IMG/VR virus record: IMGVR_UViG_3300044982_000048
Span: 1 to 37,255 of that record
Origin: a virus
Lineage: Duplodnaviria; Caudoviricetes
DNA length: 37,255 nt
Direction: 5' to 3' (one strand)
Shown: piece by piece, positions 33,339 through 37,255 of the stretch
Numbering within the stretch: position 1 is the first letter of the stretch
How the letters are laid out: every line of letters starts with the position of its first letter
Notes under the pieces: generated by a model
Seen by the model: the letters and a program-made list of their open reading frames with translations, nothing else
Told to the model about the DNA's origin: nothing
Database searches by the model: none
Program-made: the position numbers and the translations under genes

Positions 33339-35447
33339 ATGGAAGTGGCGAAAAGACACCAGGATCAGCTCGAGCGGATCAAGAAGAATATTAGACGCTC
33401 ACACGACTATTTCAAGCCCAACTACGATACCTACAACGACTTCAGACGGTTTGTATTTGAAACATCTTTAACAAGCGAAGAGATAACGATGCTTATGACG
33501 TTATCTAAGCCTCAGATTGAATTCAATATTTTAGAAGCCTACATCTCTCGTTTGTTAGGCGAATTCTCAAAGCAAGAACCCGATATTGAGGTAAGTGCGG
33601 ATGACCAAAATACGGCTGATCCGTTAACCATCAAGGTGGTAGAGCAGCATTTACGGCATACCTTAACAGATTCCAAAAACCATCATACTAAGTATGAAGT
33701 CTATAAGGATTTGCTGTCTGGCGGTTTTAGCACATTAAAAGTCACGACAGATTATGCAAATTCAATGAGCATGCATCAGATTATAAATATTGAACGGTGT
33801 TACGATCCAACGTTATGTGGATACGACCAGCTTGCTCGATATTCACATAAAGGAGATGGACGATTCTGCTTTGAGCTATTTCCAATGGCTAAAGAAGACT
33901 TTATGGATGAGTATCCTGATATTGATGTATCTAGATTGACGTTTAGACGTGATTTTTCAGGGTTTAACTGGTCGTTTCTTAATGATTCAACAGAGACGAT
34001 AATAGTTGCTGATTATTATGAGAAGCAGAAGAAAGAGAAACGTATTGTTCAGCTACGCGATGGATCGGTAAAGACGTTAGATGAATACAATAAGATGTTA
34101 GAGACATGGAGTGATTTAGCTGCTCCTCCTGCTATCATCGGCGAGCCACGTACGAGTTTGATAGATCATATCGTGCGATATCGATGTATAGAGAATCAAA
34201 TTATCGAATATGCTAAAACTGACTTTTCCTTTCTACCGTTGATATTCGTAGATGGTAATAGCGTCATGATTAGAACGCCTAAGAATGGCAACGTGAGGCA
34301 GGTTACTCGACCCTACGTATATCATGCTAAAGGTGCTCAGCGATTAAAGAACTATGCGGGAATTGCACTAGCAAATGAAATTGAGAATACCGTTCAGCAT
34401 AAATTTATGGTTGCTAAAGAAGCACTACCAAAGGAAGAAGACTTTTTAGAAGCCTATAAAGATGTACAGAAGGCGAGTGTATTGGTATTTAATTCAGTTT
34501 ATGAAAGTAATCCAGAATTACCAATTGGAATGCCTGTACGAGAAGTTCAAAGGATACCTGCACCACCTGAGATGCTTCAGGCATTCACTGGTTCAGATGC
34601 ATTAATTCAGAATATATTAGGGAGCTACGATGCTGCGTTGGGTATCAATAATAATCAATTATCTGGAGTCGCTTTGGTGGAGGCAGCGACACAATCGAAT
34701 GCTGCAGCTATGCCGTACATTGTGGGATACTTGCAAGGCTATCAGAGAGCGGCACAGATATACGTTGATCTCATGCCGAAATACTATACGACTCCGCGTA
34801 CTTTGCCGATTATGGACTCGGAAGGTCAAAAGGCTTATATCAAGATTAACCAAGAACAGGGTGTAGCTCTTGATTACGATGCGAATGCCCTAAATGTCAT
34901 TGTTAAGGCTGGCGCTTCATTTACTGTGCAGAAATCTCGTACGATTATGATGATCAAGGAAATGATGGGTATGTCACCACTCTTTGCTCAGTTCATAGCA
35001 GAAAAAGGTCTTCCATTTGTATTAGATAATATGGAAGGTAAGGGCGTTGAACAGCTAAAGAGTATGGTTGATGGATGGATAAAAGAGATGGAGCAACAAA
35101 AGCAAATGATGATGCAGCAACAACAACAGCAGATGCAAAATAATCCTATAGCGATAAAAAATCAGATAGAACAACAGAAGTTGCAGCAAGACTCTATCAA
35201 ATCTGAAAGACAGTTCCAACTTGATATGGCAAAGATGCAGAAGGATGAAAAGAAGATTTTAGCTGATTTACAGACTGCAAATGACGCTCAGAATGTTCAA
35301 CTTGTTAAAGCAATGACAGAGCGATTTGCAAAATCAGTTGATCTGCAGATAAAGGATAAAGACTTAAATCATCGTCATATGAAAGATGCTGTAGAAGTCC
35401 ATCACAAGATAACTAATTCCTCAAAGGAAAATCATGCGAACGTTTGA
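33339..35447 (+). CDS. Portal protein, P22-like
   Basis: 702 aa after terL, SGVA motif, Gln-rich C-terminal helical barrel. Confidence 0.9.
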   Translation: MEVAKRHQDQLERIKKNIRRSHDYFKPNYDTYNDFRRFVFETSLTSEEITMLMTLSKPQIEFNILEAYISRLLGEFSKQEPDIEVSADDQNTADPLTIKVVEQHLRHTLTDSKNHHTKYEVYKDLLSGGFSTLKVTTDYANSMSMHQIINIERCYDPTLCGYDQLARYSHKGDGRFCFELFPMAKEDFMDEYPDIDVSRLTFRRDFSGFNWSFLNDSTETIIVADYYEKQKKEKRIVQLRDGSVKTLDEYNKMLETWSDLAAPPAIIGEPRTSLIDHIVRYRCIENQIIEYAKTDFSFLPLIFVDGNSVMIRTPKNGNVRQVTRPYVYHAKGAQRLKNYAGIALANEIENTVQHKFMVAKEALPKEEDFLEAYKDVQKASVLVFNSVYESNPELPIGMPVREVQRIPAPPEMLQAFTGSDALIQNILGSYDAALGINNNQLSGVALVEAATQSNAAAMPYIVGYLQGYQRAAQIYVDLMPKYYTTPRTLPIMDSEGQKAYIKINQEQGVALDYDANALNVIVKAGASFTVQKSRTIMMIKEMMGMSPLFAQFIAEKGLPFVLDNMEGKGVEQLKSMVDGWIKEMEQQKQMMMQQQQQQMQNNPIAIKNQIEQQKLQQDSIKSERQFQLDMAKMQKDEKKILADLQTANDAQNVQLVKAMTERFAKSVDLQIKDKDLNHRHMKDAVEVHHKITNSSKENHANV

Positions 35448-35811
35448 TTATGACCATTATATGATATTAGCTAATGAGTGGATAAAAACTCAAAAGCATA
35501 AAGATTATACGAATTTAAAAAATTATCTTGATGAGACGATGCCTGTAAGGAATAATAGGTTATTCGATTATAACTACAATGATGTAACAACTTGGTTATA
35601 CTTGAATTGTACTGTCGATGACTTTTTACGTGTAAGGCGATGGATTGTTAATAAGAATCTATGGAGAAAGATTTATGGGAAAGATTACGTGGAACAACCT
35701 TCACGAAGCCTCACCAACGGAGCTGATGAAAACATACAAAATCTCTCAAGCACAACTCGAGATGGCACATCGAAGACATCTAGACGGTGCGAACCAACAG
35801 CAACGACGTGA
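35434..35811 (+). CDS. Hypothetical protein (3' part overlaps the next gene)
   Basis: AAGGA RBS; long overlap with 35675-35854. Confidence 0.5.
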   Translation: MRTFDYDHYMILANEWIKTQKHKDYTNLKNYLDETMPVRNNRLFDYNYNDVTTWLYLNCTVDDFLRVRRWIVNKNLWRKIYGKDYVEQPSRSLTNGADENIQNLSSTTRDGTSKTSRRCEPTATT

Positions 35812-35854
35812 CGAGTACGACCAGCTTTGGAAGAAAAACAGGAGAGATGTGTAA
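35675..35854 (+). CDS. Hypothetical 59-aa protein
   Basis: GGAG RBS before ATG 35675. Confidence 0.7.
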   Translation: MGKITWNNLHEASPTELMKTYKISQAQLEMAHRRHLDGANQQQRRDEYDQLWKKNRRDV

Positions 35855-36000
35855 TGCCATTTAAATCTAAATCACAATTGCGAAAATTCTTTGCCATGGA
35901 AAAGCGTGGAGAATTACCAAAAGGTGAAGCAGAAAAATGGGCACATGAAACGAAGAATATTAAGAAATTACCCAACAAAGTGAAAAGGAGAAAGAAATGA
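35854..36000 (+). CDS. 48-aa basic protein (MPFKSKSQ...), not in the ORF track
   Basis: AGGAG RBS; TAATG and ATGA coupling on both sides. Confidence 0.8.
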   Translation: MPFKSKSQLRKFFAMEKRGELPKGEAEKWAHETKNIKKLPNKVKRRKK

Positions 36001-36212
36001 AACATAAATCAAATCATCACAACAAAGCCCATCATCATATGAAAGAAGCTGAAAAACATCGTGAAAAAATGGAAAAGATGCATGAAAAAATGGAACATCA
36101 TCATGAAAAAGCAATGCATCATATGAAAAAAGCAGAAAATGAAAAACGTCATGAGCCAATGGAGAAGCATATTGGTAAATTGAATCATCGTGTAGTAAGA
36201 GGTAAAAAATAA
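35997..36212 (+). CDS. His/Lys/Met/Glu-rich small protein
   Basis: AAGGAG RBS; extreme compositional bias. Confidence 0.8.
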   Translation: MKHKSNHHNKAHHHMKEAEKHREKMEKMHEKMEHHHEKAMHHMKKAENEKRHEPMEKHIGKLNHRVVRGKK

Positions 36213-36400
36213 TGTCTGAATTATATTCAGGGAGGAATAGCATGAAAGGCAAAAAGGCAAATCCGTTTAAGATGCGTGAATCAAAGAATGATAAGAAAGC
36301 AGTTGCAAATACTCGTAAATCTGTAAAGCCTGTTGCCCGTGATACGAATAAAACTCGTCGCAAACGGATCAAACCAACAAGAGGAAATATCGATGGATAA
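36212..36400 (+). CDS. Small basic protein
   Basis: GAGGT RBS; Lys/Arg-rich. Confidence 0.7.
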   Translation: MSELYSGRNSMKGKKANPFKMRESKNDKKAVANTRKSVKPVARDTNKTRRKRIKPTRGNIDG

Positions 36401-36578
36401 TAAACCCAAGAAGTGGATTCAAGGAATGCATATGAAGAAAGGCGCACTTCATAGAGAACTTGGTGTGCCTGCTGGTAAAAAAATACCTGCAAAAAAACTT
36501 GCGAAAGCTGCTAAAGCCGGTGGTAAATTAGGTCGACGTGCAAGATTATCTAAAACATTAGGTAAATTGAGAAAATAA
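36393..36578 (+). CDS. Small basic protein (KWIQ...KGALHRELGVP.GKKIP type)
   Basis: GAGG RBS before ATG 36393; motif I recognise from other phage head modules. Confidence 0.8.
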   Translation: MDNKPKKWIQGMHMKKGALHRELGVPAGKKIPAKKLAKAAKAGGKLGRRARLSKTLGKLRK

Positions 36579-36579
36579 T

Positions 36580-36813
36580 ATGAGTACGGGTTGTCACGTT
36601 CCAATGCCTACACCAAAATGCGAGTGCATTTGTCATCAATCGATGAATAATATAACCTATTTGTTATGTAAATACAGAACAAATTTTCAACAAATAACTA
36701 ATGATAATTGTTATTATTTATTAGAAAATTTTACAGAAATCATTGGAGAATTGGAATTACAAATTAGAAAAGTAAAGGTCGTAGCAAAGGAATTGTATGA
36801 GTTTAAAAGCTAG
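36580..36813 (+). CDS. Hypothetical protein
   Basis: ORF filling the gap; CECICH. Confidence 0.5.
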   Translation: MSTGCHVPMPTPKCECICHQSMNNITYLLCKYRTNFQQITNDNCYYLLENFTEIIGELELQIRKVKVVAKELYEFKS

Positions 36814-36846
36814 CGTATTATAAAGATACTTCAAGGAGGATATACA

Positions 36847-37032
36847 ATGAAACACAAAGATGGAATGATCGATAATCGAATGGTTAATGAAGATCATCAG
36901 CAAGGTATTGAAAGAGTTAAACAAAGACCTGGTGAGTCAGGTCGAATTGGCCAACCTGGTAAAATGGTATCCAGAGGTGATAAAGCCAACTGGAAAAGAC
37001 CAAATGCTGCTACGACACCCCGCGGAGCGTAA
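36847..37032 (+). CDS. Small basic disordered protein
   Basis: AAGGAGG RBS. Confidence 0.75.
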   Translation: MKHKDGMIDNRMVNEDHQQGIERVKQRPGESGRIGQPGKMVSRGDKANWKRPNAATTPRGA

Positions 37033-37056
37033 TCTACTTATTAAAGGACTAATTAA

Positions 37057-37255
37057 ATGGGTATTATTCAATTCCCCACAACTTTGCCTGCGCAAGTTGG
37101 CATTGTTCCAGCAACTAAGAAAATGGTATCAAGCGATAACCTTTCAACAATTACGGCCGCTGGTTATCTCAATCAGTTTAATCTCGATGGTAATCCTATA
37201 TCGCCTACAGATATTTTAGAGGTCATCTATAGTTATGTCGCAGCAACTAATAGTG
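37057..37255 (+). CDS. 5' part of the junction-spanning virion protein (MGIIQFPTTLPAQVG...)
   Basis: AAAGGA RBS; reads in frame into position 1 and ends at 555. Confidence 0.8.
   Translation, partial: MGIIQFPTTLPAQVGIVPATKKMVSSDNLSTITAAGYLNQFNLDGNPISPTDILEVIYSYVAATNS
37129..37255. repeat. Terminal direct repeat, right copy
   Basis: Identical to 1-127. Confidence 0.97.

Noticed and set aside
35685-36492. Long minus-strand ORFs over the basic-protein cluster
   Set aside because: They are Phe-rich mirrors of A-rich plus-strand genes that have clear RBSs.
1-37255. Stop-codon reassignment, or a firm host assignment
   Set aside because: Core genes are intact in code 11. A CsrA-using, AT-rich gammaproteobacterial host (for example Legionellales-like) is only a guess without database comparison.

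Overview
This window is an apparently complete circular (or circularly permuted) genome of about 37,128 bp from an AT-rich P22-like podovirus. Bases 1-127 repeat exactly at 37129-37255, and one 208-aa gene runs across that junction. Gene order is TerS-TerL-portal, a cluster of small basic/His-rich proteins, scaffold, P22-type coat, adaptor, gp10-like tail hub, three ejection proteins, a tail protein and three fibres. A leftward recombination operon (SSAP, Gp157) follows, then a rightward early operon (XRE HTH, many small ORFs), a replication initiator with an internal origin, HNH and VRR-NUC nucleases, and a lysozyme homologue. I found no integrase, CI-type repressor, helicase or polymerase. 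The most notable signals are: (1) several unannotated structured RNAs, including a promoter-driven ~215-nt RNA with a pseudoknot and tRNA-like end; (2) GGA-loop hairpins resembling CsrA/RsmA sites at many structural-gene ribosome-binding sites; (3) a plasmid-like replicon with iterons, inverted perfect DnaA boxes and a counter-transcribed small RNA; (4) a GH24 lysozyme lacking catalytic residues; and (5) a candidate repeat-peptide docking system for several fibres. All calls come from reading motifs and synteny by eye; no searches or folding programs were run.
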